A DNA stretch of 64,000 nucleotides from NCBI GenBank assembly GCA_001600815.1, contig BCKZ01000004.1, positions 1,205,566-1,269,565 of the forward strand, given 5' to 3'. This stretch comes from Alloascoidea hylecoeti (Eukaryota). The notes beneath the pieces are model-generated. The model saw nothing but the letters and a program-made list of their open reading frames with translations, was not told the DNA's origin and did no database searches. How positions within the stretch are numbered: the stretch's first letter is position 1; every line of letters begins with the position of its first letter. The position numbers and the translations under genes were made by a program. Shown here in pieces: positions 37,660 to 50,348 of the stretch.

Positions 37660-37998
37660 AGTATATATATATAATCATAAATAACAAGATTACCACTCAA
37701 AGTATAAACAGCCGCCATTTTTTTAGAATCAGCATCAATAGAAAATTTAAAATCTTCAAGAAAACGTATTTTTTGATGATTTGGTATTTTAAAATTTTTT
37801 AAAAAATTTAAAATCATTTAAATTCCAAATCCTAATAGAACAATTCCCATCAATACAAATGATTTTATTATCAACTATTAATAATGCAAGAGCATCTTCA
37901 AATTCTTCACCATCTTGTATAATATTTATTAATTTATTTGATTGTAAATCCCGAATTGTTATTTGCTTGTGGTAAATAGTAGCAAATAAGATGTTTTA
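37660..37998 (-). pseudogene. WD40/beta-propeller-like gene relic, paralog B
   Basis: LFATIYHKQITIRDLQSNKLINII...NCSIRIWNLNDFKF / ...FSIDADSKKMAAVYTLSGNLVIYDY; 5'-truncated, with one frameshift in a T-run. Confidence 0.6.
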
Positions 37999-38001
37999 TA
38001 G

Positions 38002-38430
38002 GCCAATGGTTATATTATTGCCAAACCACAAACCTTCCACTCTCGTTCCCGTACCAGAGCCCTTGCCGAATCAAAACGTAATGGTTGTCACACTGGTCAA
38101 GGTAAGAGAAAGGGTACCAGAGAAGCTAGATTCCCATCTCAAGTTTTATGGATGCGTCGTTTTAGAGTCTTAAGAAGATTGTTAGCCAAATACCGTGCCA
38201 GTGGAAAGATTGACAAACATTTGTACCATGAATTATATAAAATAGTTAAAGGTAATGCTTTCAAACACAAGAGACAAGTTATTGAACACGTTATCAAGGC
38301 TAAAGCTGAAGCTTTAAGAGCTGAACATTTAACTGATGAAGCTGAAGCTCGTCGTTTAAGAAACAAGGCTGCTAGAGAAAGAAGAGCCCAAAGAATTGCT
38401 GAGAAGAGAGAAGCTTTACTTAAAGATTAA
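38002..38430 (+). pseudogene. RPL19: 5'-truncated 60S ribosomal protein L19 (eL19) copy
   Basis: ANGYIIAKPQTFHSRSRTRA...GKRKGTREAR...WMRRFRVLRRLLAKYR...IDKHLYHELY...KGNAFKHKR. It lacks the first ~45 codons and any start, and has substitutions at conserved sites (GRH to GCH). Confidence 0.85.
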
Positions 38431-41400
38431 ATGTAACTATATGTCTATAATTCTTCGGCTTAATACAAGATTTTCTTTATCAATTACTCATATGTTATAC
38501 CTTCCATTGTACTACTCTCCATTTAATAAATTAAATTTAAAGTGTCATTCTATAAGTTGATGAAGTAATGTACGACTTCCAATGACTATTTCCATTCTAT
38601 TGTTACTACAATGTAATGCTATATTTCGTATCATTTATCAAGAAGAAGCAATATGGCCACAGTTAAGAAGTTTAAAATTAAATCTTTCTATTAATATCTA
38701 TACTGTTTTACTTAATGGATTTATATTAATCGGTATCATATTCATAGATTTATTAGTTTCATCCATCAACTCAGGTACCAGACAAGAAAGCTTTTTTTTT
38801 CTATAATAAAGTAGCTCATTAGTTGGCTGATTCCCTTCATCATTTACCATGGTTGTTGCTGCTGCAGATTATCTGTAGTTTATTCTATCTACACGAGTTG
38901 AACCAGTCAACCTGGATTCGATTGCAATCTATTTAGCTGACATGTTAAGTTCAAGAAGACTTCTATTCATAGATTTTAGTTTTCTCACTTTCTTGTCTCT
39001 TGATGCCATAGCTTTGACGGTTTTTGGATCTTATCATTGCTGGTTGTTGTGGAGTACATGTGGTGAAAAATACTACGGGGTTATACGTTCTGTAGAAGTT
39101 TGGTCGAGAACCTTGGATTTGTCGGAAATAAAAGAGATTGTGTCAAAACAGTTGCGCCAAAAAGCCAAGTCACTTCTTTTTGACTGATCAAGATTGAATG
39201 ATGCAAATATCTAGATCAAGAGTGAATTGTACTGTACTCCCAGGGCTCTACTCTATAAATAATTTCTCCAAGATACACAAATCCGTTGCCCGGACTTTAA
39301 TAAAAATTTCTATAAAACAAAATATATTAATTCTTCAAGTATATATAAACTTATATCGATTGTTATAAGTTATTAATATAGTTTTTATATGTTGTTATAA
39401 TGTGAAGTAGCGACACAAAAGAAGAGCCCCATTTAATATTAACCTGGTTGTACCTTATTGTTTATATGGTATTTATGTAATAATTAACTGGTAAAATCAC
39501 CTGTCTAAATTTGATATCCATTTTCAATATTTATTTTGCAATTCAATTAAATGGGTAATTCGTAACTTTAATTTGGGGAAAGAAACCTTGAAATAATCAA
39601 GATTATATTAATTGTAAAATAAACATCACGAAAACAATTCATGATAAACCCTTTTTAAATATATCTAACAATATAATTATAATTCAAATTTTTTTATTCA
39701 TGGTTATGATTCACATAAGCAGTTAGAGAATAGCAAAGTGTTTGTTTCATAATCTAAGTTGAAACACCACTATATGAATAGTACCATGGTATGATCATAT
39801 GATTATAGTTAAAGACAGTTTTCCGATTACGTACATATGGAACGATATGATTCTAAATAAGTAAAATAGATACATTAATATTGCTATTAAAAATATATAT
39901 GAAAAGCTAAAAAAAACAATTGCAAATGCTAGATAAATAAAATTAAAAGTACAACATTAAACGTTCAATTGGGGAAATTTTTAAATGAAGAGGAAGACAG
40001 AGAGAAGGAATTATATATATATATTCATGAGTAAAAAAAGAAAGACTAGTAGTTAAATTATATATATATTTTAAAACTTCTTCATCTTTTTTTTCAATTT
40101 TTTTCTTTATTTTTATATTTTATTAATCTTAAGAAAAATATCAGAAGTTAATGATAAAGAATTTAAATCAAAGGGCCCGTAGATTTAGATTCTTTAAAAG
40201 CTTAACTCAATTCAACAAAACTTTAAACCAATAAGAAGAAAATTAGAAGAAAAAAAATAGAGGAAAATAATGAGGAAGGTGATAGAAGTGAACAAAAAAG
40301 AGCTATAAAAAAAAAAAGGAATATGAATGAATTGTAAAGATTTATATCAGTGATCAATTGAAATTAATCATATCAATGATACCTTACATGAGTGATAAAA
40401 AAATAAAAACAAAAAATCCCAGTTGAAGTTTAACTTTAAAATTAAATCAAAAAATGAGAAGAAAAAAAAAAAAAAAAAAGTTATGTAATTAAAAAAAGAT
40501 AAATGAAAACCAAGATAAAATAAAATTAGATTAAATTATTGTAAAATTAAAAAGATAAATAAATGACAAGAAAAATAAAAGAAGAAAAATATTTAAAAAA
40601 AAAAAAAAACATAGATATATAAGCTTTGAATTTTATATATTTAATATAAATAATATAAATAATAGCAAGATTTAAAATAATATAAATATAGATATAAATT
40701 TATATAGATATAAAAGATAACATAAAATAAAAAAATATTAAAAATGAATGAAAAAAAAAAAAAAAATTCAAATCAAGAAAAAAGAAATCAAAGCAAAGAA
40801 AATTCAAAGAATAAGAAATATCAAAATCATTCAATTATTATTATATTTTGTCACAAGTTTTCCAAATCCAAATTTTCAATTAATAATAAATAATATTTGA
40901 TATTTCCAAAAAGAAGCAAGTAAAAAAAAAATTGTTGTTTTGTTTTTATGTTAATTTGTTGTTGCTAGTTCTCTCAATAACCACAATAAATAAAAGCGAG
41001 TGTGGTTTTATATTATATTCTTCAACCAGTTTTAATATAATAATATAATGATAATAAAGAAAGTTTGTTTAAAAATAAAAGCTGTAAAAATAAAAGCTAA
41101 AAAAACAATATAGATTTAGCGATTGTTTTTATAGTGTTGATAGATAATGTATAACGAAAATAGAATAATAGTTTAGTTAAATCTTTCATCATGAAATTGA
41201 AATTAAAATGAAAATAAAATCGAAAATAAAATCATTAAAAAAATATCAAAAATAAAATTGTAAAAAGAGTGTGATTATTATGTATAAGAATAGAAAATAT
41301 TTCTTTTTTCAATGATGAAAAATATAAACAAAAAATAAGAAAACCATTATTCTCTAGAATAAAATGCAAATCTTTAAAAAAATTTAAAAAAAAAAGAAAC

Positions 41401-42059
41401 AATGATAAAAAAAAATTTAAAATTATGGTACAATAAATCAATATCAATTTTAAAAAAAAGAGTGTAATAATAGGAATCAATAAAAATAAAACAAAATTAT
41501 ACAGGATTTATGATAAAAAAAAGTAAATTTTTTAGATCCAGTTAAATTTTATCATTTCTCATCAATATAAAATATGAAAGAAAAATGGCCAATAATGATA
41601 ATAATAATAATAATCATAGCCCTATTGTATAAGATTATAAGTGATAGCAAAAATATCAAAACAATTCAAAATCAAAATCAAAGCAAATCCAAAAACAATT
41701 ACAAACAAACAAGCCTTAACAATTTACAAATATTTTGTTATACCTTGTTTTGTTTTCAAATTGTTTTTGTTTTTTTGAATGTTTATATGATTTTAGTTAT
41801 TGTTTTTTTTTAATATAGTATAGTATAGAATGAAACGCCAGTAATTAGATTTTTTGAAACAAGTAGTACCCAACAACACAAAAAAGTAATAATAATGATG
41901 ACAAGTTTTTTTTAAAGTAATAATAAATCAATGTTTTTGATAAGTTGTTTTTTTATAAGATATGGTTTTGATAAGAAGTGAAGATCGTTAAAATAATAAA
42001 AAATACTAATATATTTTTAAAAAGTTAGAGGAATAGAAGGAGAATGAACGAGTGAGGAT

Positions 42060-43859
42060 TTAATAATTAAAAATGACATTAAAATCTTCAGATTTAATAT
42101 CTAATATATCATTATTATCAACATCTACAAAATCAGTACCAAAATAACCATTTCCATTATTATTATAATTAAGACTATCATAATTAAAACTTTGTTGAGA
42201 TTGTTGTTGTTGTTGTTGTTGTTGTTGAGATTGAGCTTGTTGAGATTGAACTGGAATATTATTTATTAAATTCAAATTTTGTTTATAATTTTCATTTGTT
42301 CCATTTACATCACAATTTACATTTATAAAATCACTTTCTATTGTTGAATCAATAGAAGGTGGTAAAGTGAGGGAAATACCAAATGAATTATTATTTAAAG
42401 AATTTGAATTCGTTATAGTTGATGATGATGAAGGAGTTGTAAAATCATTCATTGTTGAAGATGATGATGGTGGTGGATAAGTAAAAGTAAATTCACCATT
42501 TTTAATATTTTTATAATAATCTTCATTTTCTAAATCACATGGAGTTGATTGAGTAGTTGTAAATGTATCATCATTATCTAATGTTAAAAATTCAGAAGGA
42601 GAAGTAATTGTTGAAAATTCATTATTATCAATAGTTGAAACATTTGTTGAACTATTATTTGTTGAATTTGAGTTTGAATTATCAAATATTGATTCTGATG
42701 ATGTTGAATTATCAAAAATTGATGATGATGCTGAAGATTGTTGTTGATACATAAATTGTTGACGCATATATTGATTATTTTGATTTTGTTGATGCATCAT
42801 ATGTGTTCCATATTTTAACGCCTCAATTTCAATTGGTAAAGGAGTTTCATCATATAACATACCATTTACATTAGAACCAGCACCAGGTGTTGAACAAGGA
42901 GTCATTATGGTATTTGAAGTTGTAGTAGGAGCTTGTGATTGTGGAGGAGACATCAAATAAGATGATGAAGGAGTTGAATAAGAAGATTTAGTGGTAGAAT
43001 TTGAATTTGAGTTAGAATTTGAATTTGAATTGAAAGATCTATTCATATTCATATTCATAAAAAATGGTCTAAATTGAGCCATTTCATTAATAGATTCTTG
43101 AGAAATTGATCTAACAATTGTATTTGGTTCATCATTTAAATCATTAACACAAACAAATTCCCATAAAAGCATACCAAATACAAATCTTCCCATATTTGAA
43201 TCACCATAAATTGTTTGAGAAACAGTTAATCCACCAACAGCTACATTAATTTCCTTTTCAGAGAAATGTTTATTATCTGATTCAGATGATGTTGTTGATG
43301 ATGGAGTATTTCCAACTTCAATACTTGATAAAAATGCAGCCCAAAATTCAGTTGCGAATTGAATTTTAAATATACCATTTTCATCACACGAAATAGATTC
43401 AGATAATCTTAAAACTTCTCTACCTAAAGTTGAAATAGTAGTTAAACAAGACCATTTAAAATTTGTTAATTGTTGAGGTAAATCTAGTTTAATTTCTAAA
43501 TTTGTTTCATAATTTGATAATTCATTATTAATACTTTGGTTATCTAATGATGATAATTTTATTTTAGCTAAACCATATAAACCAACTAATGGAGCAAAAG
43601 GAGCTCTTTGTTGAAAATAATCACCAATATTTGGAAATCTTTGTAATAATTGAATACTTGGTTTAATATAAATTGATGGTTGTTGTTCACGTTTATCATT
43701 TGATAAATTTGTATATATATGATTATTATTTTTAATTGAGAAATTTAAAACATTAATATCTACACCTCTTCCATAATTATAATTATTTAAAGGAGTTTGA
43801 ATTTGTTGTTGAATTTGTTGTTGTTGTAATGGAATTTGCATTGGCATTGACATTATCAT

Positions 43860-43892
<33 letters not shown>

Positions 43893-44612
43893 GGAGGAGG
43901 AGGAGGAGGAAATTTCAATATCTTTTCTAATTTTTTGTAAAAACAATTCACCAAAACTTGAATTTTTATAAGCTTCTTGACCAGCACCTTCAGCAATTAA
44001 TTTTAATAAAATTGAATCTTTTGCAGTGTTTTTTAAAACTTGAATATGAGAAGAAACTTGTTTTCTTGTTCTTGTTTTACCAGTCTTAAGATAAATATAA
44101 TCAGAAATATGTTCATTTCTACCGCATACTTTACCATTAATATGAATTTTTTTGAGACCATTTTTTGGGATGATTCGTAAAGCCTCCATAAAAGCTAATT
44201 CTACATCTTTCCCCCATATTTCTTCTTCATCATCATTTAATTTCTTAGTATGAGAAGTATGAATATATGAAGGAGCATTCATTGATCGATGTATTTTTTG
44301 TTGGTGTGGATGGGAGTGTAGGTAGGGGTTCAAGGGGGAGTTCAAGGGGGAGTCCAGAGTTCGTTTCTGAGGGATCGAAATTGAAGCAGGCGTCATTAAA
44401 CCTGAGGATCGCGGAACAGCGGAGATTGTGTTTTGCGAATGGGAGGAGGTTGGGGTTGAGTGCTGGAGGGAATTCGACGAGGAGGAGGAAAGAGATTCGT
44501 CGGAGGCATTGTTTTTGTTCGAGTAGATCTGGAAGATTTGGCGTCCATCGTTTGGAGATATGGAAATATCGACAATCATTGGGTTTGTGTTTATTTGTTG
44601 AGACGGTATCAT
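42060..44612 (-). CDS. TEC1: TEA/ATTS-domain transcription factor
   Basis: IWGKDVELAFMEALRIIPKNGLKKI...CGRNEHISDYIYLKTGKTRTRKQVSSHIQVLK. Confidence 0.9.
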
Positions 44613-45090
44613 TATAGTGTATGGTTAAGGATAGAATACAGTTGGTGAGTGAGAGAGTGTTTGGTTGAGAGAGAGGTTTAGCAAAAAGAGTGACTAAAGT
44701 GAGATAAGCTGGGAGTTGAGAGATGGAGACTTGGAGGAAATTGAAAGTAAAAAAGTAAAAGTGGCGACGAAGGAAAAAAGGAAAATTCAAAATATATTCA
44801 ATATCAGTCTCATGCACCAATCCTGTACCTGTTTCTTCTGATCTTCCGTTTAAGGCGTCCACCTGTCTCGATACGTGTGGATCCTGGCCGATTCTGTAAA
44901 CACGTCCACTTTCCGTCGCCTGGAACAGACCCACACATGTCCTCTTCCTGCCAATTTATTATATTTATTATTTCCTTTTACTCCTTTCGTCTGCATATAT
45001 GACACTTTAAATGTTGTAGTGAGGTCGTGAACTTTGTGACCCCATGCTATAGGCAGTAGGCATAGTAGTCGCAAATAGGCACATCCCCAT

Positions 45091-45126
45091 CACAGCACCT
45101 CTCACAGCACCTCTCACAGCACCTCT
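45091..45126. repeat. Tandem 12-mer (cacagcacctct) x3 in the TEC1 upstream region
   Basis: Direct reading. Confidence 0.9.
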
Positions 45127-48100
45127 CTCCCCGGCCTTCCTCTGTATCCACAAGTCCTGTTCTGCTCGCCTCTGTCCCCTTTTAGGTTTGGAATTAGGTT
45201 TCCTCCCACCTTAAACTCAACACGCCTCATTCTACCCCCGTGAGGTAGCAGTTATTGCAACTCCTACACTGGTGTGTGCTCATTAATATTACATACTTTC
45301 GCTTGCTTTCGCTTGTTTCAGCTAATGTTTGATGTTGTCAGTCATGATACAGTATACGTACTTGTTTATCAATTATTTGCAATTTATCTTATATTAATAC
45401 AAAACGATAATTTCTCAAACTATAATCATCCTTAAACCTTCTTAATCATGGTACTGCATCTGTAATTATAACCTCTTTTCCTGCTTCTTATTTTTACTGA
45501 TTATGCTTACGCCTACTTATGCTTATTATTAATTCGTTCATATCTTCCCGATCAAATAATTATTCAATAGACTGCATCCAATAAACATGCACAAAAGCTT
45601 TTATATTTATTTAAACCTTCCAAGTTTATAATTATAAACGTACTTGTACAAATGCAACTTTACTCATATATCCATATCCATATCCATAATTATAAAGGCT
45701 ATGTTGCAATGGGGTATCATTATATAAATATAATCCGGACTATATAACATGGTAGAGCACATATTGACTTTATTAACTTTTGATAATTCATGATCACTCC
45801 TCTCCCCGGATTAATATATCTATTTGAAAAAAGTAAGTTTTATTCAGTGTGGGCTCAAACTTCAAAGTATACGTATACCCCATAACTTTTATCTAAGCGG
45901 AATCATATAATCCGTTACAATATAATAGAATAAAAAAACGAAGGCTATAGATTAATTCTATAATGATTATAAACATACGTATTCATGGTCACTTCCTACA
46001 TGTAGTTACATTTTATAAAAATAGGAAGCTGTAACGAAAAATTGTAAATACCAGCGGAACAATTACATCAGATTTATTTTATATATATTTGGTCTCAAGA
46101 TCAATCAATCATATCTCTGTACCACTCCTTATGTCCAAAAGTAATCCCCACTCCTTACTAGCGTACTTATCACCTAATAGTTAAATTATCCTAGGCTGCA
46201 TAGAACTACATTTGTGATATACTGAATTAATAAATGATAGATTTTCTATTTTAAATTCAATATTGGATACATCCACACTTGGTCACATCTCAACCAATCT
46301 TAATGTGGAAATTTGGTGCAGGACTCTGATATAATACTTGTTATTACGAATTTACAATGAGATATTAGAATTAGTCAACTGATTTAGTTTATGAAATACA
46401 ATAATAAATAAGGTTTTCTAACTTAAATTGAAGTGCATTTTTTACTTGTTTTTTTTTTTTTTTTTTTATGTCAATTTCAATCTCCGATTTGGGTATTGGT
46501 ATTATAATTGTATTTAAAGCTATTAATAAAATTGTAATTTTAGTTGAAAAATGAATTTTCCACCTCCTTATATGGTCCAGGACACTTAAATTGAACAATT
46601 TTTTCTCATACGAAACTTTAGTCTCCAGAAGATATGCGTGCATCTATACAGATTCCTTCATGAGGAAATATGGGAACATATAAATGCAAGCCTTTGTCTA
46701 TAATAAGCAATTTTATTGCGTGATTGACCTCATTTCTTAATTAGCTTGCGAATTCTATACATAAATAGTTAAGGAATAGGGTAAAATAGTTTGTAAATTA
46801 ATTTGAAATGAAAGGATTTAGATTTTCCATTTATTTACTTTTTGTGGTCCTTAATATATAAATTGGTGGTGTAGCTATTTCTTCCACGAGGGTGGTTGAA
46901 CTTTTTTTGATTTTCTTAAAAGTTGTTTGCAACCATTACACTCTAAAGTTGTATCGGGTCCATCACTCTAAAGACCTCTCTAATAACCCTTCTAAAAATA
47001 ACAAACATGGTTATAGATTATTATCGGCCTGAAAAAGTCCTTGTCAGAATGAAAAGAAGAAGTGCAACAGAACACTATAAATTAAAGTTGTGTCAACAGG
47101 AATATAGCTATAGGATATTCATGAATCATTAGTGACGGATTGATCGGGATCTTGTCCAAGGAAAAGTATATGCTTTATAAAAATATTAATCATCCTAGAA
47201 CTTCACGCTTCAAAATATTTATACCAATAAATAAATGGAAGTATGGGTCTATGCGACTTAATTACCACATGGGCTGGAATTCGGAAAAGTAGTCGTACTT
47301 TCACAATAGAGATCTAGAGTGGCTGGGGTTTCTGATTCTCCACGTTTCGTAGTATGAGATAATGACGGCCGCTTACGGCGTTAAGGATAATAACACTAAA
47401 TATAGTAAATACTAAAGTGTTGAATTACATAGAATCTCTAGAATTTAAGTATCATTATAAACTATTTTAAGAACATCATCTTAAGAACTTGTGGAGTACT
47501 TAGTACATGTATTGCAATTTTTATTTAGCGATAAAGTGAAGACCCGAAATAGAACTTTAAAGTGGACCGATATCGGGCTTCCTGGCCAAGGGAAAATGCA
47601 CCTCCAAATAAATGCGATGCCTAAAACATTAATTTTTTTAAATATTTTTGATCAGTCACTAACACAACTATGACACTATGTCACTATGACTCACTAAGTT
47701 ACACCTAATCCACCACGCCAAAAATAAAACCCTCAAAGCTAAGCTTAAGAGAGGCCAGGATAATCGATGTTTGAGATTACCTAAACGCCATTGTGTATAG
47801 CATATTTATGAAAAATTGGAAAACCTGGCTGTTGTTGTTGATAGATCACAATTATTCATGATTGCTGTGTGTTAATGAGTATCCAGATATATATTATCGA
47901 TCCGAGTTAAATAATTTTACGCTGTTCTAAACAGATTTAAATAACAACGAATGAATATAATGTGAGAAATCACTGGGTTACAGTCTTTTTCGGATATTAT
48001 ATGCAAACCTCGCCACTCACTAGATTTTTGTAAATCCTTGGCAAAAAGATAAAGATAAGGTGTAACGCTGATTGCAACGCAGATGAGACTGGTTATATTC

Positions 48101-48604
48101 TTGGTAATTTCGAGAAGCCCATGAAAGTGTTGGTTTCAGTGGATTTTCCATCCATTCCTCAAATGATCCCACTTATAGGGGAACTTGTGTTAAATGTGTC
48201 AATTTTATGGGTTAATATGTTCCCTTTTATAATTATGGTTATTTAAATCAAAATTATCCAGAATTCATTGTCTAAAGATCTCAGAGATAAGGAGAGGTAT
48301 AAATGGCTCGTCTCTTGCTTACAAACTGGTTATATTAATATCTATTTGATTATTGAACGGATCAAAATAACCCTTCTCATATTAGATGGAATGGATACCT
48401 ACAAGAAACACATGAGAGATTTTTGCTTATTTCCATTGAAAAGATATTTGTAATATCAATACTAATATATTCATGATGATAATATATTTTATCACTATAT
48501 AGCATAGCTATTTACGTGTATATCTCTGTTTAAATAAAAATATGATAAGTTTTAGCGTTTAATTAGCAAATATAATTAGATCTATTCAGAGTGAAGGACA
48601 TCGA

Positions 48605-49663
48605 TCAATTGTTTTTAGCAGCATCATAAAGTGTCTTTTTAGGATCTATAAGCTTAACTTTACTTTGTTCAAGAGTTTTCTCTGCATTCCATTTAGGTAT
48701 TTGATTTCTAACATCTTTACCTGATCCAGGTTTTCCGAAACCAACATATTTAGAAGCATATTCTGGGAAAGTTTTATGAAAATAATCAACCAAATCTTGT
48801 CCACTAATAAAATCAGCTATAAGTAACCATCTATTATTTTTGGAAATGTCATGTCTTTTAATAGAAGCAACTTGATGTTTAGCTACATCTCTAACATCAA
48901 TATAATAAAAATATGGACCTGTTACAGGACTGTCAATGGGATCCGTAGCTTTAGGATCAAGAACCAATAAACTGTGAAACTCTAACATTGATTGATTAAT
49001 TGGTTTGTATTTTAATGTAGCATCGAATAATTGAGGTCCCCATGCGTATGAAGGATTGACAGAACTTATTGTAAAATTAGGTTTTTCATTTTTATTGAAT
49101 TCCCAAGTAGCACGTTCTGCACATGTTTTGGAAGCAAAGTAATGTATAGCATGATTTGGAATGTTTACTGCTTTATCCCAAGTCATAGGATTCCACGATT
49201 CTTCAGTCCAGATGTGATCCTTTTCACGTATTAAATCTAAATCAACTACTGCAGCGAGAGATGAAGTTTCCGTAACATGTTTAACATTGGGACCATATTT
49301 CTTAACAGCGTTAAGAACATTTAAGATTCCATTAACAGCTGGATCATGTAATTCTTTTGTTGGATCCTTAACTTGGTATGTATAAGGTGAAGCAGTATGT
49401 AAAACAAATTCAAGATCTTGATGTTTCTTGACAACTTCGTCAAAAGAATTTTTAATATTAATATCTGGAACAATTTCAAATGTCAACTTATTGGGAAAAT
49501 CTATTTCTGGATGAAGCTTCTTCATGTTTTCAAGAACAAAATCCGCTTTAGGCTGTGTTCTGACTGTAGCAACTACTTTAAAATTATCAGAATCAAGTAA
49601 TAAATTCTCGAGAATATGTAGGGCAATATAACCCGATGCACCAGTAAGAAGTACTTTAGTCAT
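48605..49663 (-). CDS. NAD(P)-dependent reductase, GRE2/ARI1 (methylglyoxal/aldehyde reductase) family
   Basis: VLLTGASGYIA, VLHTASP, TSSLAA, YFASKTCAERATW, VNPSYAWGP and IDVRDVA motifs. Confidence 0.9.
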   Translation of the reverse strand: MTKVLLTGASGYIALHILENLLLDSDNFKVVATVRTQPKADFVLENMKKLHPEIDFPNKLTFEIVPDINIKNSFDEVVKKHQDLEFVLHTASPYTYQVKDPTKELHDPAVNGILNVLNAVKKYGPNVKHVTETSSLAAVVDLDLIREKDHIWTEESWNPMTWDKAVNIPNHAIHYFASKTCAERATWEFNKNEKPNFTISSVNPSYAWGPQLFDATLKYKPINQSMLEFHSLLVLDPKATDPIDSPVTGPYFYYIDVRDVAKHQVASIKRHDISKNNRWLLIADFISGQDLVDYFHKTFPEYASKYVGFGKPGSGKDVRNQIPKWNAEKTLEQSKVKLIDPKKTLYDAAKNN

Positions 49664-50348
49664 TTTTGAACGTGTTCAGACGTGAAGCTTTGATTGAGAA
49701 AGATTTATGATATTATATAAAAAAATGAACATGAAATTAATAAGGGAAAACATATTATATTTATACACATTTCCGTTCCTCTTTGGTTGTTATCAGAATA
49801 ATCCATATATCACAGAATATTTGCGGTTACTAGTTATCTGCAGTGGCATAATACATTGTACTGATGAGCTAGTTAGCTATAGGATGATTTATATCAAAAT
49901 CTGGGAGAAATCTGGAAAAAGTGTGATTCATACGAACAGAAGGTGGAGTAAACTGGAATCACAGCTGTAATATGCATATCAATGTTACCCGCATTTGTAA
50001 ACCAAAAAGAACCCCATATTTTTGAATATACCATAAAACGGCTTCTGGAAATCCTTTAAGCTTGAATTCAGGTGATTGCAATTGTAATTCTAAAAAGAAA
50101 TCACAGCCTGCTAAACGGGTTGAAATATGTAATCCAAGTAAACATGGCTTCCCAATTGTTGAAATACGCAGAATGTATTGATTTTATACCCTCAACCGTG
50201 CAAATCGAAATTTCAAATTTAATCATGTATCACTATATGATTATAGATCTTTAAATTTAACATAAATAATCGTCTACTTAAAAAAAACAGGCCAAAGAAC
50301 TAAATGACGGAATCATATCGCAACATTAATAAATATCATTATATTTAT

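Noticed and set aside
37958..37980. Plus-strand LFACGK as the missing RPL19 N-terminus
   Set aside because: The same bases read better as the minus-strand WD40-like relic (LFATIYHKQITIRDLQ).
44245..44934. Overlapping alternative-frame and antisense ORFs at the TEC1 5' end
   Set aside because: The locally higher GC content (fewer stops) explains them, and they have no motifs.
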